Origin: Candidatus Oxydemutatoraceae bacterium
Lineage (GTDB): Bacteria; Pseudomonadota; Gammaproteobacteria; Poriferisulfidales; Oxydemutatoraceae
Direction of reading: 5' to 3'
DNA: 64,000 nucleotides
Assembly: GCA_965220085.1 (NCBI GenBank)
Contig: CBDCOZ010000003.1
Coordinates: forward strand, 480,001 to 544,000
The notes under the pieces are model-generated. The model did no database searches and was not told where the DNA came from. It worked only from the letters and a program-made list of their open reading frames with translations. This document shows, piece after piece, positions 9,510 to 20,189 of this stretch. Numbering within the stretch: position 1 is the stretch's first letter; every line of letters begins with the position of its first letter. A program made the position numbers and the translations under genes.

Positions 9510-10739
9510 GACAATCCGAATCACAATATGGCAAAGCAATCCAAGAAACGATACATCGTATCATATGTGGAAGAGCAGATAAGTTCCGATGCAGCGGTCG
9601 AAGTGCTGGATATCTCAACCTCAGATTTGCAAGATGCGGTAGAGGTTTTAAGCACGGACGTGCCGGAAGATGAAGCAGATTTTCTTCATTTTGAATCGTT
9701 AGGCGCGACAGCTTTGCCGCTATCGGCAAGAGAAGTTTCCAAACTGGAAGAAGATGATCGCGTTTTACAGGTTGTTGAAGATACTGAGGTCTTTGCCCTG
9801 AATGGAGGTCAGGGGCAATCAGAGCCAGAATCGCTGTTGCCCCAGCCGGTTCCTTGGAACATTGAGTTGGTTAAGGCTAACTTGGTTTGGAATCGCGTGA
9901 CCGGTCGTGGGGTTAAGGTGGCCATTGTGGATACTGGCATTGATGATAACCACCCCGATCTCACGGTATCGGGCGGGGTCTCTTTTGTGCCAGGGGTTGG
10001 GAGTTGGGATGACGATAATGGTCACGGCACCCATGTGGCAGGTATTGTTGGGGCCCGAAATAATCCGGTGGGGGTCATTGGCGTAGCACCAGAGAGTGAC
10101 CTATATGCGGTTAAGGTTCTAGGCAGAAAGGGCACTGGTCACCATAGTCAGGTATTGGCTGGTCTATGTTGGGCAACTCAAAATGGAATGGATGTCGTGA
10201 ATCTGAGCCTGGGTCGTGACGTTAAAAAGCCAGATGAGCCCTGCACCGCTATCTATCAACGACTGGCGAGGATACTTAATAATGCGGGGTGTATCGTTGT
10301 AGCTGCGGCCGGTAACAGTGGGGAAGAAATCAATAAATGGGTCGGTCATCCGGCTCGTTGCCCTGGCTATATGGCGGTTGCGGCCATAGATAGAAATAAG
10401 AATCTGGCACCCTTCTCCTCGCGCGGGCCGGCCGATTTGTGTGACGACTGTGGGGTGGAAATCTCCGCGCCCGGAGTCAGCATTAATTCAACCTATCAGG
10501 GCGGCGGCTATCGCAAACTGTCGGGCACCAGTATGGCCTGCCCTCACGTGTCCGGAGCGGCGGCTTTGCTCAAAGAGCTCCATCCAACTTGGACGCCGGA
10601 TCGGATTCGAGAGCGTCTCAAGGCGACTGCTAGCGATTTGGGCGCACCTGGCAATGATCCCGGAACCGGTGCCGGACTCATAGATTGTCAATGCGCCGTG
10701 TTTGGCCAAAGGGCAAGTGGTGGTAAGGTTAGGAGGTGA
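9507..10739 (+). CDS. Subtilisin-family (S8) serine protease with no obvious signal peptide
   Basis: Catalytic motifs VDTG, NGHGTHVAG, AAAGN and GTSMACPHVSG; acidic N-terminal prodomain; RBS AAGGAGG. Confidence 0.95.
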   Translation: MDNPNHNMAKQSKKRYIVSYVEEQISSDAAVEVLDISTSDLQDAVEVLSTDVPEDEADFLHFESLGATALPLSAREVSKLEEDDRVLQVVEDTEVFALNGGQGQSEPESLLPQPVPWNIELVKANLVWNRVTGRGVKVAIVDTGIDDNHPDLTVSGGVSFVPGVGSWDDDNGHGTHVAGIVGARNNPVGVIGVAPESDLYAVKVLGRKGTGHHSQVLAGLCWATQNGMDVVNLSLGRDVKKPDEPCTAIYQRLARILNNAGCIVVAAAGNSGEEINKWVGHPARCPGYMAVAAIDRNKNLAPFSSRGPADLCDDCGVEISAPGVSINSTYQGGGYRKLSGTSMACPHVSGAAALLKELHPTWTPDRIRERLKATASDLGAPGNDPGTGAGLIDCQCAVFGQRASGGKVRR

Positions 10740-10741
10740 GT

Positions 10742-10987
10742 ATGGTTCGTATCGACGAAAAATTTCAGAAGCAATGTCAAGACAACCTTGACCGGCTCCA
10801 TGACGTGGTCATCACCGTGTCAGAGATGCAAAACATGGAACCGTCGGAGCTTGGCCTAACCGATACCGAAGAGATTGGCGGATCAGGCATATTTAAAGGT
10901 TCCTTGACGGGCAGAAAGATTCTGGAATTAAGCCGGCAAGATAAGATTGAGGAGATTATGCCTGATATGGAGGTTACGGCCTTTTAA
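10742..10987 (+). CDS. Small acidic protein, possibly peptidase-inhibitor/propeptide (I9)-like
   Basis: RBS AGGAGG; ends GSLTGRKILELSRQDKIEEIMPDMEVTAF, resembling the C-terminus of subtilase propeptides. Confidence 0.55.
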   Translation: MVRIDEKFQKQCQDNLDRLHDVVITVSEMQNMEPSELGLTDTEEIGGSGIFKGSLTGRKILELSRQDKIEEIMPDMEVTAF

Positions 10988-11511
10988 GCCGCTTTTTGTT
11001 TTACGTCGTTTGTTTTTATGATTTAAGACAAATGGCATTGTGTAAATTGTTTTCTGTGAATGCGAGAAAGTTCACAGAAAACAGCGGGGCGCGGTCAAAA
11101 TAGCGCTACTTCCTTTCCTGCCCGCGAAACTTTGTATTCCTATCGCCCGAACAGAGTGATGGCGCTCCTTGCACCGAGTTCCTTGCACGAACGATCGCTC
11201 CCCTCCGGCGGCAGAGTCGGCATAGCGTGGCCATGCCGGAGGGGCAGGCGCCCGCCCCCATGCGGGGGAAGTAGCGCTTGCACAGGCAGTGTCAAGTCGG
11301 CCGATGCCGGTAGCCTGCCCCATACGGACGGTGTGCCGGCACCGTTGCTTGGGAGAATATCACGGGAGCAGGCGACCGCTCGCCCCATGCGGGAAAGCGG
11401 CGTTTTTGCAGGCAAAGGCAGTTCAAGCACTTGTTATAAGTAGCGATTTTCACCGTTGTTGTTTTTATCGTTGCTATTGATTAATTCTATTGGGAGCCCA
11501 TCGTTTAATAG

Positions 11512-11520
11512 TGGTATAAT
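11512..11520 (+). promoter_or_regulatory. Extended -10 promoter upstream of ftsH
   Basis: TGGTATAAT in the same context as 9457. Confidence 0.65.
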
Positions 11521-11559
11521 CCGAACACTTGAATAGCGAAACCGCTGTAAGGAGGAAAG

Positions 11560-13494
11560 ATGATGAACAATATGACCAAAAACCTTGTTTTATGGATTGT
11601 GATAGCCGGCGTACTGATGGTCGTGTTCAATAATTTCGTGGCGGAAAAAGAACGGGCATCATTTCTTTCTTACTCTGAATTTATTTCCGATGTCAGAAAC
11701 GGCCAAGTGCGCAGCGTTGAAATAGCGGCCGATAATCGCACCATTGCCGGTCACTACATTGATGGCGGTCGTTTCACCACATTTAGTCCGGGCGACGGAG
11801 AATTAGTCAACGACCTTCTCAATCACAATGTTGAAATCGTAACCAAACCCACCGACAAGCCCTCCATACTCGTAGACATGCTCATCAGTTGGCTGCCGAT
11901 GATCATACTCATCGGCGTCTGGATTTTCTTCATGCGACAAATGCAAGGCAGCATGGGCGGGCGCGGAACGATGTCTTTCGGCAAGAGCCGGGCGCGCATG
12001 ATGGGCGACGGACAAATCAAAGTGACCTTCAAAGATGTTGCGGGCGTTGAAGAGGCCAAAGAAGAGGTCTCCGAGTTGGTCGAATTTTTGCGCAACCCGG
12101 CCAAGTTCCAGAATCTGGGCGGGCGCATTCCGAAAGGGGTTTTGATGGTCGGCCTTCCGGGCACCGGCAAGACCCTGCTCGCAAAGGCGATCGCAGGCGA
12201 AGCCAAAGTGCCCTTCTTCTCTATCTCCGGTTCCGACTTCGTTGAAATGTTCGTCGGTGTCGGCGCCTCTCGTGTTCGCGATATGTTCACGCAAGCCCGC
12301 AAGCACGCGCCGTGCATCATCTTCATAGACGAGATTGACGCAGTCGGTCGCAACCGCGGCGCCGGTCTTGGCGGCGGTCACGACGAGCGCGAACAGACGC
12401 TCAACCAATTGCTGGTTGAGATGGACGGCTTTGAAGGCCACGAAGGAATTATCGTCATCGCGGCGACCAACCGCCCCGATGTGTTGGATCCGGCTTTGTT
12501 GCGTCCCGGACGTTTCGACCGTCAGGTTCAAGTGCCGTTGCCCGATGTGCGCGGTCGCGAGCAAATTCTCAAGGTGCACATGCGCAAAGTGCCGTGTTCC
12601 GATAATGTGCGCGCCGATGTCTTGGCCCGCGCCACCCCCGGCTTTTCCGGCGCGGACTTGGCAAACTTGGTCAACGAAGGCGCTCTGTTTGCCGCGCGGG
12701 AAAACAAGAAAGCCGTTGAGATGGCGGACATGGAGCGCGCCAAAGACAAAATCATGATGGGCGCCGAGCGCAGATCCATGGTCATGAGCGAGGATGAGAA
12801 AAAGCTAACGGCTTACCACGAAGCGGGGCATGCGATTGTCGGGCGTCTGGTGCCCGAGCACGACCCGGTATATAAAGTGACGATTATTCCGCGCGGGCGC
12901 GCCTTGGGCGTGACGATGTTTCTGCCCGAAGAAGATCGCTATAGCAATACCCGCGAAAAACTTGAAAGCCAGATTTCAACCCTGTTTGGCGGCAGAGTCG
13001 CCGAGCACATCATCTTTGGCGAACGCTCGGTAACGACCGGCGCCGCTAACGATATTGAGCGCGCCACCGAGATAGCGCGGGACATGGTCACGCGTTGGGG
13101 GCTTTCCGATGAGTTGGGGCCTTTGACTTACTCCGAAGAAAAGACCCACCCGTTTTTGGGCCAGACCGCGGCGCAACAGAGCGCGACATTTTCCGATGAC
13201 ACGGCGCATAAGATAGACGAAGAGATTCGGCGAATCATACAAACAAACTACGAGCGTACCGAGCGTTTGTTGAAAGAGAACATCAACAAATTGCACGTCA
13301 TGGCGAAAGCGTTGATTAAGTATGAAACGATCGATAGCGATCAAATAGACGACATCATGTCGGGCAAAGAGCCCAGAGACCCCGACGGTTGGAATGACGG
13401 CGAGGGCGGCGGCAACGCAACCCCGGCGGCAGCGACATCGGACGATGATGATGTTGACGGAACGGTCGGCAGGCCCGCGAGCACGCCGGCATAA
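11560..13494 (+). CDS. ftsH: ATP-dependent zinc metalloprotease FtsH
   Basis: Two TM segments, [31 protein letters not shown]. Confidence 0.98.
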   Translation: MMNNMTKNLVLWIVIAGVLMVVFNNFVAEKERASFLSYSEFISDVRNGQVRSVEIAADNRTIAGHYIDGGRFTTFSPGDGELVNDLLNHNVEIVTKPTDKPSILVDMLISWLPMIILIGVWIFFMRQMQGSMGGRGTMSFGKSRARMMGDGQIKVTFKDVAGVEEAKEEVSELVEFLRNPAKFQNLGGRIPKGVLMVGLPGTGKTLLAKAIAGEAKVPFFSISGSDFVEMFVGVGASRVRDMFTQARKHAPCIIFIDEIDAVGRNRGAGLGGGHDEREQTLNQLLVEMDGFEGHEGIIVIAATNRPDVLDPALLRPGRFDRQVQVPLPDVRGREQILKVHMRKVPCSDNVRADVLARATPGFSGADLANLVNEGALFAARENKKAVEMADMERAKDKIMMGAERRSMVMSEDEKKLTAYHEAGHAIVGRLVPEHDPVYKVTIIPRGRALGVTMFLPEEDRYSNTREKLESQISTLFGGRVAEHIIFGERSVTTGAANDIERATEIARDMVTRWGLSDELGPLTYSEEKTHPFLGQTAAQQSATFSDDTAHKIDEEIRRIIQTNYERTERLLKENINKLHVMAKALIKYETIDSDQIDDIMSGKEPRDPDGWNDGEGGGNATPAAATSDDDDVDGTVGRPASTPA

Positions 13495-13546
13495 CCCGGG
13501 AATCGATAAGGCAACCATACCCGATAACCATATCTTTTGATATTGA

Positions 13547-14905
13547 ATGAATCTTTTCGGCACCGACGGCATACGAGGGCATGTTGGAGAGTCTCCGATG
13601 ACGCCCGATACGGTCTTGAAGATTGGCTGGGCATTCGGCAAATCTTTGGGGGACGAAGCGGCCGGCAAGCTGGTGCTGATTGGCAAGGACACCCGCGGCT
13701 CCGGCTACATCTTTGAATCCGTACTAGAAGCCGGCTTGGTTTCCGCCGGAGTGAATATCGGTTTGCTCGGCCCGTTGCCGACTCCGGCCATCGCGAATTT
13801 GGTTGACAAGCACGATGACGTAGCCGGAGGCCTGGTCATCAGCGCATCGCATAACCCGCACCACGACAACGGCATCAAGTTTTTTTCCGCCTCGGGCGAA
13901 AAAATCTCGCGCGCTCAGGAAAAAGAGATTGAAAGGCGGATTGAAGAGCCTTTGCGCATGGTCGATGCGGCCGATTGCGGCAAAGCCCGCCGGATTGACG
14001 ATGCCGCCGACCAATACATTGAGTTCTGCGTCAAATCCTTTGCCAACGCGGGCGAGCCTTTGTTGCAAGGCATGCGCTTGGTTGTCGATTGCGCAAACGG
14101 CGCCGGCTATCACGTAGCGCCGGCGATATATCGCGCGCTGGGCGCGGAAGTGGCGGAGATTGGCGTTGAGCCGAACGGCATCAATATCAATTGCGGTGTC
14201 GGCGTCATGGCGCCGCAGCAATTGCGACAACGGGTCATAGACGGAAAGTTTGATTGCGGCATCGCTCTGGACGGCGATGGCGACCGGTTGTTGATGGCGG
14301 ATTCGCGCGGGCGGCTGATGGACGGCGATGACTTGTTGTTTCTAATCGCCGACTATCGCCACCGCAACAAATCTCTGAACGGCGGCGTGGTCGGCACGCA
14401 TATGACCAATATCGGGCTGGAGAGAGCCTTTGAGTCGCGCGGCATTCCGTTTGTGCGCGCCGATGTCGGCGACTACTACGTGCTGGAGACGATCAAGAAA
14501 AAGCAATGGCAACTCGGAGGGGAGCCGTCCGGGCATCTGGTCTGTCTGGACAAATCAAACAGCTGCGATGCCATCATCAACTCTCTGGTAGCGCTGGACA
14601 TAGTCCGCAAAAGCAAAAAGACATTCGCGCAACTACTGGAGCCTGTCGTCAGGCATCATCAGGTGCTGATCAACGTACCGATCCAAAAGGGCGCCAATTC
14701 CGGCGCCCCGCTGCCGGAAAACAAGGAATTTCGCAAAGTGATATCAACGGCGCAACAAGAGCTCGGAGAAGCCGGGCGCATACTGGTCAGGCTATCGGGC
14801 ACCGAACCGCTGTTGCGGATTATGGTCGAATCCGAATCGGAAGCCACCGGCCGCGCATTGGCGAACAAGGTCGCCGACCACGCCCGCAAGCATCCCGCCG
14901 CCTAA
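13547..14905 (+). CDS. glmM: Phosphoglucosamine mutase
   Basis: FGTDGIRG, ISASHNP, DGDGDR, GGEPSGH, RLSGTEPLLRIMVE. Confidence 0.97.
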   Translation: MNLFGTDGIRGHVGESPMTPDTVLKIGWAFGKSLGDEAAGKLVLIGKDTRGSGYIFESVLEAGLVSAGVNIGLLGPLPTPAIANLVDKHDDVAGGLVISASHNPHHDNGIKFFSASGEKISRAQEKEIERRIEEPLRMVDAADCGKARRIDDAADQYIEFCVKSFANAGEPLLQGMRLVVDCANGAGYHVAPAIYRALGAEVAEIGVEPNGININCGVGVMAPQQLRQRVIDGKFDCGIALDGDGDRLLMADSRGRLMDGDDLLFLIADYRHRNKSLNGGVVGTHMTNIGLERAFESRGIPFVRADVGDYYVLETIKKKQWQLGGEPSGHLVCLDKSNSCDAIINSLVALDIVRKSKKTFAQLLEPVVRHHQVLINVPIQKGANSGAPLPENKEFRKVISTAQQELGEAGRILVRLSGTEPLLRIMVESESEATGRALANKVADHARKHPAA

Positions 14906-14911
14906 ACGGAG

Positions 14912-15682
14912 ATGGTCGCCGCCGCAAACAAACCGCTGGTCGTCGCCAACTGGAAGATGAACGGATCAACGCGGTTTAATTCCGACTGGGTCGCGCGGTT
15001 TGTCGCGTTGCCGCGGATAGCGGATGTTGACATCGTCGTTTGCCCGCCCCACCTCTATGTGACGCAGGTGGGAACGCTGCTACAAGATACCGGCGTCGGC
15101 CTCGGCGCGCAGAACGCAAACGAGAACCCCGACGGCGCGGTGACCGGCGAAGTGTCGGCAGACATGCTGAGCGACTGCCAGTGTCGCTATGTGATCGTCG
15201 GTCACTCCGAACGGCGCAATTTCTTTCTGGAAGACGGCAAGCTGATAGGCAACAAAATGAAAAGAGCGACAGACGCCGGCATCATCCCGATACTATGTGT
15301 GGGAGAAACCCGCGCACAACGCGAAGCCGACAAAACAAAAGGCGTCATCCGGCGACAACTTGAAACCGCGCTCGGCGTGACAGGCGATAATATCGGCGAA
15401 TTTGCCGTGGCCTATGAACCGATTTGGGCGATTGGCGGCAACCGCAGCGCGACACCCGAGCAAGCCGGCGAAGTATGCGATTTTATCCGCGAGCGACTAT
15501 CTGATACGATAGGCGCGCGTGGCGCGCGGGCGCGCATACTATACGGAGGAAGCGTGAACCGCGATAATGCCCAAAAGCTGTTTGCCCGGCAAAATATAGA
15601 CGGCGGCTTAATCGGCGGCGCGTCACTCGACAGCGGAGCTTTTCATTTTATTTGCGAAGCGGCCGCTACAAGACTACAATAA
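14912..15682 (+). CDS. tpiA: Triosephosphate isomerase
   Basis: ANWKMNG, GHSERR, AYEPIWAIG, LYGGSV, IDGGLIGGASL. Confidence 0.97.
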   Translation: MVAAANKPLVVANWKMNGSTRFNSDWVARFVALPRIADVDIVVCPPHLYVTQVGTLLQDTGVGLGAQNANENPDGAVTGEVSADMLSDCQCRYVIVGHSERRNFFLEDGKLIGNKMKRATDAGIIPILCVGETRAQREADKTKGVIRRQLETALGVTGDNIGEFAVAYEPIWAIGGNRSATPEQAGEVCDFIRERLSDTIGARGARARILYGGSVNRDNAQKLFARQNIDGGLIGGASLDSGAFHFICEAAATRLQ

Positions 15683-15697
15683 CGCAAGGAACTTGAT

Positions 15698-16108
15698 ATG
15701 TATTATTCGCTTTCACTCGGGATAGAGGTTGTCTTATCAATCGTCATTATCCTTCTCATCTTGCTCTGCCGCGGCAAAGGCGCGGATGTCGGCGCGGCTT
15801 TTTCGGGCGGCGCATCCGCATCGGTGTTTGGCTCGCGAGGGTCGGTGCCGTTCACCACAAAATTAATCGGCATACTCTGTGCGCTGTTTCTTATAAACAG
15901 TTTGGTGTTGACTTATTTCGCCAACCGCAGTGTCGGCGGGAGCAGCGTGATTGACCGGGTAGAGGCGCAAAGCCCCGCCCAAGCGGTCATACCCGACGGC
16001 GCTACGGCCAAGGATATATTGGCTCCGCCGCAACAGGAATCACAGCCGGGCAGCGACATTCCCAGATTGCCGACAGAATCGGAGCCGCCCGCCGAGGAAA
16101 GCCCGTAA
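15698..16108 (+). CDS. secG: Preprotein translocase subunit SecG
   Basis: GKGADVGAAFSGGASASVFGSRGS between two TM helices; follows tpiA. Confidence 0.93.
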   Translation: MYYSLSLGIEVVLSIVIILLILLCRGKGADVGAAFSGGASASVFGSRGSVPFTTKLIGILCALFLINSLVLTYFANRSVGGSSVIDRVEAQSPAQAVIPDGATAKDILAPPQQESQPGSDIPRLPTESEPPAEESP

Positions 16109-16183
16109 CGGATACGCCGCCAAGCGCCTCCGTTGCGGCGCTTGGCAACGGTAAGCGAATACCCGCATAATGATCGTGTTATT

Positions 16184-16268
16184 GCCGATGTGGTGGAACT
16201 GGTAGACACGCTGTCTTGAGGGGGCAGTGGCGTAAGCCGTGCCGGTTCGAGTCCGGCCATCGGCACCA
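16184..16268 (+). tRNA. tRNA-Leu (GAG)
   Basis: GCCGATG...CATCGGC-ACCA acceptor, anticodon arm CTGTC-TTGAGGG-GGCAG, long variable arm, GTTCGAGTCC. Confidence 0.96.
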
Positions 16269-16279
16269 TCTTCAACAGT

Positions 16280-16485
16280 AATACTCCCCCTTGCGGGAGA
16301 GTCCCGGGCACACATAGTTATATTTGTATGACTATTTATAAATACTCCCCTTGCGGGAGAGTCTCGGGCACACATAGTTATATTTGTATGACTATTTATA
16401 AATACTCCCCCTTGCGGGAGAGTCTCGGGCACACATAGTTATATTTATAGAACTATTTATAAATACTCCCCTTGCGGGAGAGTCG
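16280..16485. repeat. ~60 bp tandem repeat (3 full copies plus partial) containing a REP-like hairpin
   Basis: AATACTCCCC(C)TTGCGGGAGAGTC...CACATAGTTATATTTGTATGACTATTTATA at 16280, 16341, 16402 and 16462. Confidence 0.9.
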
Positions 16486-16565
16486 GCGGAGTTACGCTAC
16501 GCCGGAGGGGAGCGCTGTCTGTGAAGCGCCCCTCTCTGCCGGCGCGAACAAGATACGGCACAGTC

Positions 16566-17447
16566 CTAAGCAAAGAGTTGAATCAATATGGCTGTCGCTG
16601 TAACAATCACAGCCGCTAACGCAAGTGCGGTTGCTACAAACCACTTTATCGTGTCTGCGTGCTGTTTGGCTACTACCGCTTCCAACTCAGATTTCAGCTG
16701 ATCCAAGTCTTTTTTGGTCGCCATATTGTCCAATGCTTTTTTCATTTCTGACTTGAACTCGGTCAATTCTTTTTGCAACCGATTTATGTCTTTTTGCAAC
16801 TGCGCTATGTCTTTTTGGGTTTCTGACTTGAACTTGGCTAAGTCTTCTTTTATTGCCAATTCAAACTGGGTTAACTTTTCTCTCAACCGAGCCAATTCTT
16901 TTTCCAACCGATCTATGTTTTCTTTGGTTTCCGATTTGAACTCGCCTAACTCTTTCTTCGTCGCCAGATTGGTCAATTCTTTTCTCAACCGAGCCAATTC
17001 TTTTTCCAACCGATTTATATTTTCTTTGATCGCTACCTCAAACTTGGCCAACTCTTCTTTCGTCGCCAGATTGTCTAACGCTTCTCTCAACTTGGTCAGC
17101 TCTTCTTTCATGACCGATTCAAGATTGGCCAACTCTTCTTTCGTCGCTAACCCGGCCAGCGCTTCTTTCATAGCCGACTCAAACTTGTCTAACTCTTCTT
17201 TCCACTGAGCCCTGTTTTCTTTGAGCGCTAACTCAAACTTGTCAAATTCTTTTTGAGTCACTGCTTCAAACTTGGCAAACTCTTCTCTGGTTAGCAGAGT
17301 GCGCAGATGTCTGCGCACCAGCACAAGTTGCTCGTTGGCAATCGCGTCTGCTTTCTGTTTGTCAAAGCCTGCGTCGGTCAAGTTATCGACGGGGTCATAA
17401 GCAACCCCCGCCGTATCTTCTACTTTTAAGTTTTTAGGTTTTTTCAT
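16566..17447 (-). CDS. Coiled-coil protein with ATKxEL repeats and C-terminal TM anchor (DUF1640/CCDC90/BDR-like), copy 1
   Basis: LTDAGFDKQKADAI head, repeated LATKEEL/ATKKDL, ends ADTIKWFVATALALAAVIV; RBS GGAGG. Confidence 0.8.
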   Translation of the reverse strand: MKKPKNLKVEDTAGVAYDPVDNLTDAGFDKQKADAIANEQLVLVRRHLRTLLTREEFAKFEAVTQKEFDKFELALKENRAQWKEELDKFESAMKEALAGLATKEELANLESVMKEELTKLREALDNLATKEELAKFEVAIKENINRLEKELARLRKELTNLATKKELGEFKSETKENIDRLEKELARLREKLTQFELAIKEDLAKFKSETQKDIAQLQKDINRLQKELTEFKSEMKKALDNMATKKDLDQLKSELEAVVAKQHADTIKWFVATALALAAVIVTATAILIQLFA

Positions 17448-17644
17448 AACTATCCTCCATATTGGATAATAACACTAACTCAAAGACTATAGTCAACAGC
17501 CTTGTGCCCGATAGTAGCGTTACTTGCGGAGCGTCGTCATGGCGCTCCCCCGGCGGGAGAGTCGGCGGAGTTACGCTACGCCGGAGGGGAGCGCTGTCTG
17601 TGAAGCGCCCCTCTCTGCCGGCGCGAACAAGATACGGCACAGTC

Positions 17645-18538
17645 CTAAGCAAAGAGTTGAATCAATATGGCTGTCGCTGTAACAATCACAGCCGCTAACG
17701 CAAGTGCGGTTGCTACAAACCACTTTATCGTGTCTGCGTGCTGTTTGGCTACTATTGCTTTGAACTTGGCTTCCAACTCAGATTTCAGCTGATCCAAGTC
17801 TTTTTTGGTCGCCATATTGTCCAATGCTTTTTTCATTTCTGACTTGAACTCGGTCAATTCTTTTTGCAACCGATTTATGTCTTTTTGCAACTGCGCTATG
17901 TCTTTTTGGGTTTCTGACTTGAACTTGGCTAAGTCTTCTTTTATTGCCAATTCAAACTGGGTTAACTTTTCTCTCAACCGAGCCAATTCTTTTTCCAACC
18001 GATCTATGTTTTCTTTGGTTTCCGATTTGAACTCGCCTAACTCTTTCTTCGTCGCCAGATTGGTCAATTCTTTTCTCAACCGAGCCAATTCTTTTTCCAA
18101 CCGATTTATGTTTTCTTTGATCGCTACCTCAAACTTGGCCAACTCTTCTTTCGTCGCCAGATTGTCTAACGCTTCTCTCAACTTGGTCAGCTCTTCTTTC
18201 ATGACCGATTCAAGATTGGCCAACTCTTCTTTCGTCGCTAACCCGGCCAGCGCTTCTTTCATAGCCGACTCAAACTTGTCTAACTCTTCTTTCCACTGAG
18301 TCCTGTTTTCTTTGAGCGCTAACTCAAACTTGTCAAATTCTTTTTGAGTCACTGCTTCAAACTTGGCAAACTCTTCTCTGGTTAGCAGAGTGCGCAGATG
18401 TCTGCGCACCAGCGCAAGTTGCTCGTTGGCAATCGCGTCTGCTTTCTGTTTGTCAAAGCCTGCGTCGGTCAAGTTATCGACGGGGTCATAAGCAACCCCC
18501 GCCGTATCTTCTACTTTTAAGTCTTTAGTTTTTTTCAT
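17645..18538 (-). CDS. Coiled-coil DUF1640/BDR-like protein, copy 2
   Basis: Near-identical to copy 1, with 4 extra residues near the C-terminus. Confidence 0.8.
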   Translation of the reverse strand: MKKTKDLKVEDTAGVAYDPVDNLTDAGFDKQKADAIANEQLALVRRHLRTLLTREEFAKFEAVTQKEFDKFELALKENRTQWKEELDKFESAMKEALAGLATKEELANLESVMKEELTKLREALDNLATKEELAKFEVAIKENINRLEKELARLRKELTNLATKKELGEFKSETKENIDRLEKELARLREKLTQFELAIKEDLAKFKSETQKDIAQLQKDINRLQKELTEFKSEMKKALDNMATKKDLDQLKSELEAKFKAIVAKQHADTIKWFVATALALAAVIVTATAILIQLFA

Positions 18539-18890
18539 AATTATTTACACCTCCATATTGGATAATAACACTAACTCAAAGACTATAGTCAATAGCCTTC
18601 ATGCCGGATAGTAGCGCTACTTTAGGAGATGCAGTCATCGGATAGGACAGGCGGCATAGATTGTCTGACGAACGGTCTAATCGCCCGATTCACGGTGTGA
18701 TTTTTCTGTGCAAAATTGCTCGCATTACCGTAGTGCCGTCATGGCTCTCCCCGGCGAGAAAGTCGGCAGAGCAGAGTCCGCCGTACGGACGGCATGCGCT
18801 GCTTATCCTTTCCAACTCTCCCACAAGGGGAGAGTATTGCCTGCCACAAGGAAGCGTGTTAGCGCAAGTCTTGCGATGAGATTGCTCGCG

Positions 18891-20132
18891 CTACCGCAGA
18901 GGCCCCTCAAGAAAGACGCGCAACCGCAAGAACAAGTTCGTCTGGCGAACGCATTCCGTCGCGCCATTCGTATTCGCCCTCGCCGGACTCATGCCCGCCC
19001 CGCAGTTGAAAACATACGGCTTCCTCTGCGGAATCATGTCAAATGTCGTCCTGACTAGTTCGTTAAGTTTATCGTTATTCGACGCATCGGTCAGCGAAAA
19101 GGGAATCCCGTTGTCCCGAAACACCTCTATCAAAAGATGTTCGCCGCCAATCGCGACGTTCAAACTGCCGCTGTGACTGATGGCCCCGTCAATGTAGCCA
19201 TCCTCGCGGCGGTATCGCCCCAAAACCGCATTCGCATAAGCCGCCGCCGCAGGGCCAAGGGTGGCGGGGTGCAGATCCTCTATGTCCCGAAAGCCGGCAA
19301 CAAGACCTTGCACCAGCGGCGACAGAGCCGCCGGAAACGCATATTCCGCTCCGAACACCTCATCGCACAACGGCGCGCCCCCGCTAAAAAAGCAACCGTC
19401 ATGACTCATCCCATCCGTTCCGCCCGAAGTCAGCGGGATTTCGCATTTGATCGGGGAAGTAGTGGTGGAAGCAGTCCACCCTTGGCTCAGGCATGCGCTA
19501 ACCGCCTCCCGCTGGGCGCGGTTCAAATCCGGCGCGGCAACGCAGTCCGGCCATGCGCCGATGTGCGAGTCCAAATCGCAGGAGCATTCATACTCGCCGT
19601 CTATGTTTTTGTCGGGCGGATAGCCGCCGGGGGCGGCCCCATCGCGGTCGCAGTTTGCCACAAAACGATCTTTGACAAGGACTCCGCCGACGACTCTGAC
19701 ACTGGGATGTTCCGCCGCTTTCGGGAAAACCGGCGGGTCGCCAAACATGGTCACGCAAGACGGCTCATAGGCGGTGTCGTCTCTGCGGCGGATCCAGCAA
19801 TATGTTGCGCCTACTATGCCGACGCTGTTGTATACTCTGGAGGGAATTTCGCAGACTATCCACGGGATTGAGGGCGTTGTTGTGGGAGCGTTGCTTCCTT
19901 CCTACCCCGCGCGCTCACAATCCTCCATAATCGCCACCGAGTCATCGGGAATGCAACCGGACTCATCGGGAGCGAGACCGCCAAATGATTTCGTCACGTA
20001 CGTCTGTCCTGCGGGGCATGGTTCGGTTTGCGCCGACGCGTTGTTCGCGGCAAATGCGCAAGCGAGGATTATCGCCGCGCAAATCCCGCAAATTTTAAGG
20101 GCGGCGGCAGTATTAATAATTTGTCGTTTCAT
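18891..20132 (-). pseudogene. Cys-rich secreted protein A1 ending LRLRVFLEGPLR, interrupted by one in-frame TAG at 19902-19904
   Basis: ORF 19902-20132 and ORF 18891-19754 are in the same frame. The TAG replaces the Trp of the paralogs' CExAGW motif. Confidence 0.85.
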
Positions 20133-20189
20133 AGCATTTCTCCATATGGTTTGTATCTCGCGAATATAGTTGCGCAATAAGTCGCGCCA

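Noticed and set aside
16280-16485. CRISPR array interpretation of the ~60 bp repeats (also 8968-9215 and 41352-42009)
   Set aside because: The intervening sequences are essentially identical rather than unique spacers, and no cas genes are present.
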